DNA of 64,000 nt from Callorhinchus milii (Eukaryota): positions 186,001 to 250,000 of the forward strand of contig NW_024704793.1 of NCBI RefSeq assembly GCF_018977255.1. Reading direction: 5' to 3'. A model generated the notes under the pieces. That model saw nothing but the letters and a program-made list of their open reading frames with translations, had not been told where the DNA came from and did not search any database. Position 1 is the first letter of the stretch, and the number at the start of each line of letters is the position of its first letter. Position numbers and translations under genes: made by a program. Below, piece by piece: positions 13,201-23,420 of this stretch.

Positions 13201-15134
13201 TCTGGCCTGCTCCATATCTCCCGCCCGACCTGCTACCATCGGCGTCCAGGCTTTCAGCCTCTCTGCACCAACACTTTGCATCACCCTATCCCAATCAATT
13301 GGCCTCGCTCCCTCGACTTAAGATCCTCCTTTTTGACTGTGACTTCAGCCCCCGCCCTCCTACTCCCACTGTCCTCCATCATCCATCCCTACCCCCCAAC
13401 GCTGATCCTGATCCCTGACTGTTCAGCGCCTTGGGACTTCCTGCCGAACTAAAAGTAGCTTTACAAGTGTAATTTTGTTGTTGTTGTTCTGCGATTCACT
13501 CACACAAGTGTTTGGCTTCCTTTATCAATCCCGAGGTGCTTAACAACTCATTCAGTTCAGGGATTCCTTCCACAGTTCCAACAGGCTTTAGCTAACGTAC
13601 GGAAATATATTTTGTGTGTATAAATCAGGTGCGATTTTGTTTTGCATCCACACAGTCAAAATGTACGGTTAAATAAACATACCCGGAGGAAATTCAACCT
13701 GCTTCTCCCTGTGTCAGCTCACGCCCCGCAGTCCGTGTCCTGCAGCTCAGTGGTTAGAGAAATTGCTTTGCAAGCGAGGGGGACCTGGGTTTGCTTTCCC
13801 GGCAGGTCGGAAACTTGTGCATCTTTACTTACTCCACACGCCTATGTTTAACTGGAAGTCAACAGGGATCCGGCTGCTAGTCGGCTTACAAACTGCTTTT
13901 ACAGTAGAAAGAATCCCTTCAAAATAATTCGCCCACGAATTACACAATCAATTCACTTCACTTCAATGTATATAACTGGGAATTGATTAGAGACGTCTTG
14001 AAGACATGATGAAGCATTGTTTCAAACGCAACTGTTATTATATCACATATTATACATCAATATTAGGAAAAATCCCTGAGACCCTCTCGCTGGAGGCAGG
14101 GACTGTCTCTGGGTTGTTTCATCTCCATATCCTCTTGCGGTCTCTGGCGCCTCCTCCTTCCCTGGTTGATGGCCTGTTGTGAGCTACAGTGGGTTATGGA
14201 TCCTGTGTTTACTTTGATCCCGGTTATGTCTCTGTGTCTCCGATCTCCAGGCTGCAGGATAACAGTCTGACCGCTGATTGTACAGAGGATCTGGCCTCCG
14301 TTCTCAGTACAAACCACTCACTGACGGAGCTGAACCTGAATAGTAATAAACTGGAAGATTCTGGAGTGAAGCGACTGTGTGATGCTCTGAGGAACCCGCA
14401 GTGTAACATACAGATTCTGGAGTAAGTAACCCACTGTGTTTCCAGACTGATGACGGGAAACCCCTCTGAATCCCCCTCGCTGGGGGCAGGGACTGCCTGA
14501 GAGTCGTTTCCATTTTTGCATCCGCTGTGGCCCATAACGCCTCTTGCGATCGTGAGTGATGGTCAAAACTGATATACAGTGGGATATACACACTGTTGTT
14601 ACTTTAATCCCTGCTATACCTCGGTGTTTCTCATCTCCACGGTGTATAATAAGCGATAAGAAACAGCTTGTTTCCTCTACTCCCTGTTATGTCTCTGTGT
14701 CTCTGATCTCCAGGCTGAGCAGTACCAGACTGACCGATGGCTGCACTGATGATCTGGTCTCCGCTCTCAGTACAAGCCGCTCACTAAGGATCCTGAACCT
14801 GGTCTACAACTCCTTCACAGACGCCTCTGTCCCCGCTCTCCGCCGTCTCATACTGACCTGCACCAGCCTGGAGGAGATCAAGTGAGTGTCTGTGTCAGTG
14901 TTTCATGAGATAAACACACAGAGAATGGATTTGGTTATCAGAATGGAAACAATTTGCGGGGATGTGATTTATAGAGCAAAGATGTGAACAGCTTACGGTT
15001 TGTATCATTATCCCATGGGTTTGATTTCCTGTTTATTGTGTTTCAGGCTGTGGAGGAATAGATTCAGTTCAGATGGACAGAATCAGCTGTTGTCACTGCG
15101 GGGATACAGAGCTGGACTGACAGTGAGTGTGTGA
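1168..15134 (+). CDS. NLR-family gene (CARD-like N-terminus, NACHT, ribonuclease-inhibitor-type LRRs), 13 coding exons, about 1123 aa, apparently intact
   Basis: Exons 1168-1231, 2037-2203, 2867-3038, 3141-3206, 3709-5497, 8424-8510, 9405-9491, 10059-10229, 11553-11723, 12542-12712, 14251-14421, 14714-14881, 15047-15134. All have AG acceptors and GT donors (first donor is GC) with compatible phases; total 3372 nt, stop TGA at 15132-15134. An extra exon could be hidden in the N gap. Confidence 0.9.
2037..3206 (+). CDS. NLR N-terminal exons encoding a CARD-like death-fold domain and linker (2037-2203, 2867-3038, 3141-3206)
   Basis: Spliced peptide [56 protein letters not shown]|[42 protein letters not shown]...; the LL.LVL.KG..A pattern resembles CARD helices 5-6; canonical splice sites. 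Confidence 0.75.
3709..5497 (+). CDS. NLR large exon: NACHT NTPase with winged-helix/HD2 and first LRR
   Basis: ORF 3690-5501 with Walker [10 protein letters not shown], Walker [11 protein letters not shown], sensor [16 protein letters not shown] motif, FLRFVAGL; donor TG|gtaagt. Confidence 0.97.
6903..7470 (-). mobile_element. L2 3' fragment in NLR intron
   Basis: aacaataacattatatttgtgtagcgcctttaac tail; KRLLFDRAF remnant. Confidence 0.7.
7675..7744. repeat. 23-bp tandem repeat, 3 copies
   Basis: ttgagtgcggg(g/a)agtgagtgctg. Confidence 0.9.
8147..8217. repeat. 31-bp direct repeat with 40-bp period
   Basis: tgctaaaaactggaatattttgtgtttgcca twice. Confidence 0.85.
8424..9491 (+). CDS. Two 87-nt single-LRR exons (8424-8510, 9405-9491)
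   Basis: [28 protein letters not shown] and [28 protein letters not shown]; phase 2-2, ag/gtaagt. Confidence 0.92.
10059..14421 (+). CDS. Four 171-nt double-LRR exons (10059-10229, 11553-11723, 12542-12712, 14251-14421)
   Basis: [56 protein letters not shown] pattern; 171-nt phase 2-2 exons typical of NLRP/RI-type LRRs. Confidence 0.94.
10738..11310. repeat. Degenerate (GT)n tract
   Basis: GT-rich intron. Confidence 0.9.
12861..13092. other. Assembly gap (Ns) within a GT tract inside the NLR LRR region
   Basis: Run of n. Confidence 0.99.
13115..13489 (+). mobile_element. L2 3' fragment
   Basis: [10 protein letters not shown] remnant, cagcgccttgggac...ttgttgttgttg tail. Confidence 0.65.
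14714..15134 (+). CDS. Last LRR exon (14714-14881, 168 nt) and terminal exon (15047-15134)
   Basis: [55 protein letters not shown] then [28 protein letters not shown]; possible ATTAAA poly(A) signal near 15207. Confidence 0.88.
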
Positions 15135-15383
15135 CACTGACAGAGGCAGTGACTGTACGCAGTCTGTGTAATATGGAAAATATTGCGGACACTGTAATGA
15201 TTGATTATTAAAGATGTTAATCCTGATTCCTCTCCCATCCCTGGTCTGGTGTTGGTTATTGTCATATAAGCCCTGACAAACACCTGCCCCTGAGACCCAG
15301 TCCAGAGTAACTGCTACAGTATGGTTAGAGACGGACACTCACAAGCCCTGACTGTGTTTGTGTGTGAGTCACTGTGTGTGTAT

Positions 15384-15613
15384 TTCTCTCTCTCCCAGAG
15401 ATTCTCTCAGTCTCTCTCTCTGATTCTCTTTATTAGTTTCTCTCTCTCTCTATCTCTCACTCTCTCGAACCATCTGTCTCTGTCTGTCTCTCTTCCTCTG
15501 TCAGTCTTTCTGTCACACAGTTCTCTCGGTTTCTTTCTCTCTTATTCCCTCTCTCAGTCGCTCTCACTCTCTGTCTATCCCTTTCTATCTCTTGCACAGT
15601 CTATCTCTCTCTC
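15384..15613. repeat. (CT)n tract; similar GA/CT tracts at 56020-56250, 57150-57470, 58370-58450, 58715-58815, 59610-59820
   Basis: Dinucleotide low complexity. Confidence 0.85.
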
Positions 15614-16031
15614 TGTTGATGGATTTTGTAATTAGTGTGGTATATAATATGTTGACAAGAAAAAGCAACATGAACTGATCACGAGTTTCCCTGGTGCCAC
15701 CCTTTGAGGCGGTGACCAGGCACGGCAGCACATGGCAGGAGAAGGGTGTGTGGTGTGATGGAGACAGACGTACCCCTTTGCTATACAGTGACAGAGAGAG
15801 AGCAACTCCCCCAAGACTGTCTGTTTAATAGACTCAGAGAGACAGAGAGGGAGAGAAGCAGAGAGAGGGAGAGAGAGAAAGAGAGGGATGCATAACGAAT
15901 GCTCTACGACACCGGGGCCCTGAGCTCCTGGAGGAGCGGGAATTGGACCGAATTCCGTAATGAAGACAGAGGCTGTCCAGTAATTCCTCAGAAATCCCTC
16001 TGTCAACGAAAAGAGTTTGGAATCGCTGAAC

Positions 16032-16345
16032 TAATACTAATCCTTGCATTTGATATAGCGCTTTTCACGTCGGGAGGACGTCCCAAAGCGCTTCACAGAA
16101 CACACTGTAAAGTGAATTGACTGTGTATTTGTTGGCGAACGCGGCAGCCAATTACGCACAGCAATGTCCCACGAAGAGTCGTAGATTTAAAATAACAATT
16201 TTTTATTATAGTTTTTGGTTTTGGAGGGATTATTGTTAGGCGTGTGGTATAAGGAAACTTGCCCAAGGTTTCGCCCTCTGACTGGAATTGAACTCAGGTC
16301 TCTCACTTGCAAAGCGAGTGCTTTAACCACTGAGATACAGGACTC
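16032..16345 (-). mobile_element. tRNA(Ala,TGC)-like SINE with L2-type tail
   Basis: Reverse complement begins ggagtcctgtatctcagtggttaaagcactcgcttTGCaagtgagagacctgagttcaattcc (A and B boxes) and ends gacgtgaaaagcgctatatcaaatgcaagg. Confidence 0.85.
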
Positions 16346-16954
16346 CACGAATCTATCAGGGCACTTGATTTTCATGATGATTGAGTGTTTTCACCAGATT
16401 ATCCTAATTGGTTAAAAGGTGTTCCACTCCTATCATCTGCCTTGGTTCCTGGCCTTGCTTTGTGCTGATTAATTCTTCTACAGAGAGACGGTGATGACAT
16501 ATTTTTCTCGCTGAAGCAGAGAGAGTGGAACCTTTGAGGAACTACAGCAAATACTATCGCTTCATGTATTTCACTCCATCTATTCTGGTTAAATCAACTT
16601 AAATTGTTATATGTCATAATTTCTATTAATAACCATGAGTAATCTAAGTTTAAGTAAACCTGTTTAATTGTACAATGGTGTCAGTCCTTACTTCACAGCA
16701 GGGTCACAAGATTAAGAATTCCCTTATAAATGTACTGTGTGGGAAACATGGTTAATAAGTGATATTTTTTCTACAAAGCTTGAAACTGTCACAAGTTTCA
16801 TAACGACAGGGAGAAAAATGGAAACTAAACGAAGCGAAGCACAAAGAGAAGCCAAAAGGTAGCTTTGCCGGAATATTTCGCCTACAAAACAGACAGTCGA
16901 TTCAAATCACAATACATTCTGTCAAGTGTTTGAGATATTGCAGAGAAGTGATAA

Positions 16955-18390
16955 GGTGACACACTAGTTTAGATGGTTAAAGGGGTGATTTGATTGAGGT
17001 ACTTAAGATGATAAAGGGGTTCTAACGGTTAGATACAGAGACACTATTTCCTTGGGTGGGCGAATCCAACACAAGTGGGTGCTGTCTTAGAATTAGAACC
17101 AGGCCATTTTGAAGTGAAATCAAGAAGCATTTTTTCACTCAAAGGGATGTTGAAATCTGGAATTTCTCACCCCAAAATGCCGTGTGTTCTTAGTTTACAG
17201 ACCGCCCAACAGCAGTCGCAACATCTCTCAATGTATAACTCAGGAAATTATCGGAACATGCAGCAAAGGAAAACGATTAATTGTGGATGACTTTAATCTG
17301 CATGTACATTGGGCAACCAAATTGGGAAAATTCAGAGAGAGGAAGAGTTTGTCAGCGCAGTGTCCGACAGAAGGTGAAAACCATCATCATGCTTAGGATG
17401 ATTCAATCAAGTTCCACAGCGACAACTGAATACTCTATAGCACGTTGATGGGCTTCGTCTTGCGGACAGTTCGACAGCACTGAAACGAACGCAGTTTAAT
17501 AGAGCAGCACAGACCATAGTACTCTTCTGTGCTGGATATTTCTATGGTTCTACCTATGCCACTGGCTCGTGGAAAATTGGCTGCAGTTGTAATGGAATGC
17601 ATCGCGTAATGTTCTCCCCTGAATATCCAATCAAAAAGACTATTACAACAACAACAACCTACATTGATATAATTCCCTTCACACAGGATAGGGCCTGGGA
17701 GCTTTGCAACGAGTCCTATTGACTGTTAAGCAAGGCACAGGGGGAGGGAAATGTGACTTTAAGAGCCGTTAAAGAGGTAAATCAGCAAGCGAGATTAAAG
17801 ATAAATAAAGGGAGTTTAATTGGAAGGATTAGAGGGAGGAACTCGGGGGATACTGGGCACAATGTCCTAATCTGTTACATAGAATAATAGAAATTTACAG
17901 CAGAGAAGGAGGCCATTTGAAGGCTACCAAACTTCCCGATGCCCCGCTCTAACTTCATAAACATGCAGTTGTGTTTTTATTTCGTTTTTAGATACCTAAA
18001 TAAATCCCTTTTGTAAGATAATGTCGAATCTGTTTTCACCACCCTTTAGGCAGTGAATTCCTACTTGCTCTTTTGATAAAAAAAATTCGCCTCTTCTCCC
18101 CTCTGGTTCTTTTGTCAAATGTCTTAAATATCTACTCTAAGGGGAACGATCTTAGCTTCTCCAGCCTCTCCACATAACTATGTCCCTCATAGCTGGTAGC
18201 ATCCTGGTAAATGTCGTCCTCACCATCTACAAGGCACCAGCATCTTCCATAAATTTTATTGACCAGAATTGGGCACAATAATCTCGCTGTAACCTAACCA
18301 GCAATTATTGAAGTTTCAACAGAAGTTCCTTAATTTTTTGTTGTATTTTTGTGTAGTTTTTGCCCCAATTTATCAAGCCGAGAATCTTAT
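16955..18390. mobile_element. Cluster of old CR1 and L2 fragments in both orientations
   Basis: agatggttaaaggggtgatttgattgagg (RRLRGDLIE-like), VYRPPN and DDFNL endonuclease remnants, catagaataatagaaatttacagc minus-strand CR1 tail. Confidence 0.65.
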
Positions 18391-18764
18391 ATTCTTGGAA
18401 CCATGGAAAATAACCACAGTGACAGCCTGCGAGACTGTTTCTGTCTGAGATTTAATAAGAGGCAAAAATGTGGACTCTTCTTAAGCCGAGAATTGGACCC
18501 CGGGTTTGTGCTCTAATTAAATAATTGCCACAAGATCCTCACACTTCTGTTCAAATCCATTCAGTCCCTGTCACCTCCCTACCTCTGCGACCTCCTCATT
18601 CACAAATCTGCCACCCTGCGCTTCCGATCCAATGGACTCATTCCCGTCCCTCGCACTATTCGCCCCACCATCGGAGGTCGTGCATTCAGCCATTACGCTA
18701 CTAAACTCTGGAATATTGTACCTCAATCCTTCCGACTTGCACCCTCTCTCCAATGCTTCAAGTA

Positions 18765-21700
18765 CCAGGCGCTATACAGTTGGGTCAGGAGCCGAGCAGG
18801 GGGGAAATGGTCAGGGTGAGGGGAGGGAAGGGAGGGAGCGAGGAGGGGGTAGAGAGTCGATAGGGGAGCTGAAGGCACGGTCAAAGAGAAAGGTCTTGAG
18901 ACCGGCCTTGAAGAAGAAAAGGGAGGAAGTAAGGCGAAGGCACTGGGGGATAGAGTTCCAGAGCCTAGGGGCTGAGAGGCTGAAGGCCCGGCCACCGACA
19001 GTGGGGCGTTTAGGGCGGGGGATGTGGAACAGACTGGAGCCAGAGGAACGGAGGGTACGGGCAGGTAAGTAGGGGGATAGTAGGTCGGAGATGTAGGAGG
19101 GAGCGAGGCCGTGAATGTCCTTGTAGGTGAGGGTGAGGATCTTGAATTCGATCCTCTGGAGGATGGGGAGCCAGTGGAGGCGAGCGAGGGTGGGGGTGAT
19201 GTGGTCGCGAAGCCTGGTGCGGGACAGTACACGAGCTGCAGAGTTCTGAATGACCTGCAGTGTGGAGGGAGGGTCGGGAAGGCCGGCGAGGAGAGAGTTC
19301 CCATAGTCCATCCTTGAGGTGATAAAGGCGTGGACAGAGTTTCTGCAGCGTGAGGGGTGAGATAGTGCCGTAGTCTCGCGATGTTTCGGAGGTGACGGAA
19401 AGCGGTGCCAGTTGTGCCGCGGATATGAGGCAGAAAGGACAGCTCAGGGTCGAACAGAACCCCGAGCTTCGTAACTGGCTTTGAGAGGTGGAGAGTGCAG
19501 CCTCAGATGCTGATGCTGTCGGCGCCTAAGTTGCGGAGGCGCAGAAGCGAGGCAATCAGGTGGGCCTCAGTTTTACGCACGTTGAGCAGAAGAAAGTTAT
19601 CTCTCGTCCAGGACTCGATGTAAGACAGGCAGGCTGTCAGGACATCGGGGGTCGTGGAGTTGAGGGTAGAGGAGGAAATGTTGAGTTGAGTGTCATCCGC
19701 ATACATGTGGAAGTTAACCCCATGTCTGCGTATGATGTCGCCAAGGGGAAGCATATAGAGGGTGAAGAGGAGGGGACCGAGGACAGAGCCCTTAGGGACA
19801 CCGCACGAGACAGTGCGGGGACTGGAGGAAAAGCCATTCGCGGAAAGAAAGTGAAGACGGTGGGAGTGGTACGACCTAAACACTCAATGACCGGGCCTTG
19901 AACGTTGAGGTGAGAGGACAAGAGGTGGAGGAGGATAGAATGGTCGACTGTATCGAATGTTATAGGTCGAGAAGGCAGAGGGAGCCCTGGTCACAGATGG
20001 TCAGGATGTCATTGATGACCTTGACCAGGGCAGTTTCTGTGCTATGGGCAGCATGGAAACCCGACTCATGGGGTTCGAATAATGAATGGGTGGAGAGGAA
20101 AGAGCGCAGCTGGGAGACGACAACTGTTTGAAGGCCCTTGGACAGGAAGGGGAGGATGGAGTTGAGCCGGTAGCTTGATAGCTGCGACGCATCAATGGAG
20201 GGTTTTTTCAAGGTGGGAGTGATTGTGGCAGTTTTTAAGGGAATGGGAACAGAGCCAGAGGAGAGGGACAGGTTGACGATGTCTGTGATTTATGGGGCAA
20301 GGAGGTGGTGCTCGGAGATAAGGAGTGGAGTGGGGATGGGGTCAAGGGAGCAGGTGGTAGGTTTCATGGATAGGATGAGTTTGGTGATAGAGGGTGGGGA
20401 AACGGGTACCAAAGTGTGTAAGTGAGGATGTGTAGGAGTCGGAATGTGGGATAGAGGGGAAGGGGGTTGGGTGGATGTTGGAGGGGAAGTGACCGATGAG
20501 CGAATTCCCTTGATTTGGTATTCAAGGACATCCAGCATCTCCTCACAGTGAAAGTTGTATGAGACGACCTGCGCGGTGTGGCGGGTGGGATGGAGAAGTC
20601 GGGCTGGGGTAGAAAACAGGAGCATGGGGTTGTTCTTCGCCTCCAGGATTATCCTGGAGTAGAAGGACGATTTAGCCCAGGGTAGAGTGGAGCTGCAGAT
20701 TTTGAGGAGGTCCAGCCAGATTTGACGGTGGACCGTTAGGCAAGATTTGACGCAGGTGCGTTCAGCGACCCGTACCTGGCTCTTCAGTGAGCGGAGGTGG
20801 GTGGTGAACCAGGGGAAGGAGCGAGAGTAGGAGACAGTACGAGAGGTGATGGTGGCAAGAGTGTCAAGTGTGGAGGAGTGGGTGTTGTGGATGAGGGTGA
20901 GAGGAGAAGAGGGGTCAGTGATGGTTGCAGGCCAGAGGGAGAGGAGTTCAGAGGACTCCAAGGCAGAGGTTAGTGATTGTGGATGTAACTTCTTCCAGGG
21001 GCGGTAGAAGATGGTGTTGGGTCTGGTGGAGGTGGGGAGGGGTGTGGAGGTGGTGAAGGAGATGAAGTGATGATCGGAGACGGCCTTGTCGGTGATAGTG
21101 AGATCCGAGTCACTGACGCCCGGTCTGATCACCAAGTCGAGTGGGTGTCCGTGACTGTGAGTGGGGGAGTTGTTGTGGAGGGAGAGGTTAAGCGAGGAAA
21201 GCAGGGAAGAGAAGTCTGAGCAGATGGAGCAGGAGGGGGTGAAGTGCAGTTTGAAGTCGCCCAGGATGATGAGGCGATCAGATCAGAGGCAGAGAATTGT
21301 AAGAAGTGTCGAAATATCTGAGATGAAGGTGGGAGAGGTTTTTGGATGCCGGTAGAGGAGGAGGATTTTGAGTGAGAGGAAGGAGGGTTGAGAGTGCGTG
21401 AGCTGCACGAAAGAGGGGAAAGAGCCAGAGGAGTAGGGGGATAGGTCAAGTGGTGTCCTTGAGATAAGGGCTACACCACCGCCGCGACAGTTAGGACGAG
21501 AGATGTGGTGGCTAGTGTCGCCGGGTGGTGTAGCCTCCGCGAGGTGAAAGGTGACGCCTGGGGTGAGCCAGCTTTCCGTTAAATCCATGATGTCAACGCT
21601 CTCATCGAGGATGAGATCGTTGATGACCAGGGCCTTGTTACAGAGGGAGAGGACACTTTGTCGTCCGATGTGGAGGGAGCAGTTGACAGAAGGTGTGTGG

Positions 21701-22130
21701 GAGGGGAGGGGGGTCTATGTTGTGAAGCAGCGGTGGGGGAAATGAGGATGAGAGAGGAGCGGTTGGCTCCCTGGATCTGTGTCCGGGATGGCTGGCGAGT
21801 GTGGTGGGGAATGGGGCAGTCGGTGTGGCTGCTGCTGGACAGCCAACGCCGAGTGCCACGGTGAGCCCGGCCGGCGGAGGATTCCCAGGCTGGAACAGAG
21901 GGAGATTGTGGGAGGGTCAATTTGGGATAGAAGGCGAGAGGGACGGAGAGAGAGGAGGACAGAGCGGGAGAGATGCAGAGGGGATGAGGATTTGTGGGGA
22001 GGGGTGAGGGAGGGAATGAGGGGGTGAGGTGTCTTCGGTGCAAAGCGGCAGCCAAAGTGCGCACGCGGGGAACGGGAGCGAGCGGTCAGTCGGATGGCAT
22101 TAGCCCATAGGCTGGGGCTGGGGCAGCGAA
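18765..22130 (-). mobile_element. Long decayed L2-clade LINE (APE endonuclease plus RT, frameshifted)
   Basis: [50 protein letters not shown]...[29 protein letters not shown] fragments in different frames. Confidence 0.92.
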
Positions 22131-22179
22131 CCCAACAGGACCATTGTGGAACACGTAAAAGGCGCTGATATCAGCATCA

Positions 22180-22292
22180 AACTCGACCTTTGCTGCTCTC
22201 ACTATGATCCAACTGTGCAGCGCCTTGGGGCGTCCTCCTGACGTGAAAGGCGCTTTATAAATGGAATCTTGTTGTTGTTGTTGTCTTGTTGT
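22180..22292 (+). mobile_element. L2 3' tail with (TTG)n
   Basis: cagcgccttggggcgtcctcctgacgtgaaaggcgctttataaatggaatcttgttgttg; same tail as the L2 at 31613-32165. Confidence 0.75.
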
Positions 22293-23420
22293 AGTTACAT
22301 TTCACACAGACTCTATATGAATTACCAATCTTTTGAAGAACAAAATAACGAAAGATGACGCAAGAGTATTTTTTTTAATTTGGTGATGATTCATTGGTTC
22401 AGTGAGTAAGTAACTAAATGTAGACAGTATGGGAAATATATACACGTCAACCAAAATTACAAGCATTTTGAAGAGATACATTCCAGAGTTCATTTTATAT
22501 TTTAGAAGCCAACCCCATCCTCTCCTCAACCAATATCTCGATATAAACGACCCCGCTATTACTCCTTCCCCACTGCTCCACATCTCTCTCTTCTCTCTCT
22601 CGTTAAGTTTCTAACATGCTTAAGAACATGTGGCTTTGGCCGTCAATTCAACTTCCATGATCAACTCTTATTCATATAATCCTTTGATATGTTGATGCTC
22701 GCGTTTTTGGGCTGGTGATTATTTTGGGCTATAACACAATTTTCTGGATAAAAAATAATATTTAACTGTGGTTTCTTGACCTTCATGAGTGAACTGAGTT
22801 GAAAAGGAATCTGGATTTTCTTTTACGGAACACAACGGAAGCATTTAAGATCATACATTCTCATATATCTGTTAATTTGCATTTCTTTCACAGAATATAA
22901 TGGGAAACACATTCAGATGGCTCAACGATGCGGTAATCCACAACATCAATGGCAAGGAATACTATTATTCACAGAAACATGGAATCATAGAATCGAGAAG
23001 CACAAAAAGAGGCCATGCGGCCCATTGAGTCTGCTACGCTTCTTTGAAAAGAGTAATGTTATATCAATCCCAATCCCCAGCTCTTTCCCCATAACCCTGC
23101 AAACACGTCCTCCTAAAGTAGCCATCCCCCGGGTTTTCCGTAAATTTACTTCAGACATCGTCGAGTAAACTTACGGAACAGGTTTCTCGGGAGAAAACGA
23201 AAGCAGAGAATGTTTATTTCAAGAAAAAAATTGATAGATTTCTGTTCGAAAATAATATTTTATGATACGCTCCACATACGGAAAACGCACACACTCTTAT
23301 ATGCGCGCACGGCCATACACACAATATACAGCATATAGTTTGGGAGACAACATGTCAGGCTTCCCGCAAGAAAATGGATGGCGAACTCGATGGATATTAG
23401 TCTTTTTAGGCAGCAAATTC

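Noticed and set aside
15772-15835. Possible orphan leader exon (IKQTVLGELLSLCHCIAKG|gtacgt, minus strand)
   Set aside because: No ATG, phase-2 end and no downstream partner exon found
16270-16345. tRNA-Ala gene (also similar heads at 13735, 27078, 58113, 61243)
   Set aside because: Each head continues into a SINE body and the acceptor stem is degenerate
18811-21588. Active retrotransposon ORF2
   Set aside because: Broken across several frames by stops and frameshifts
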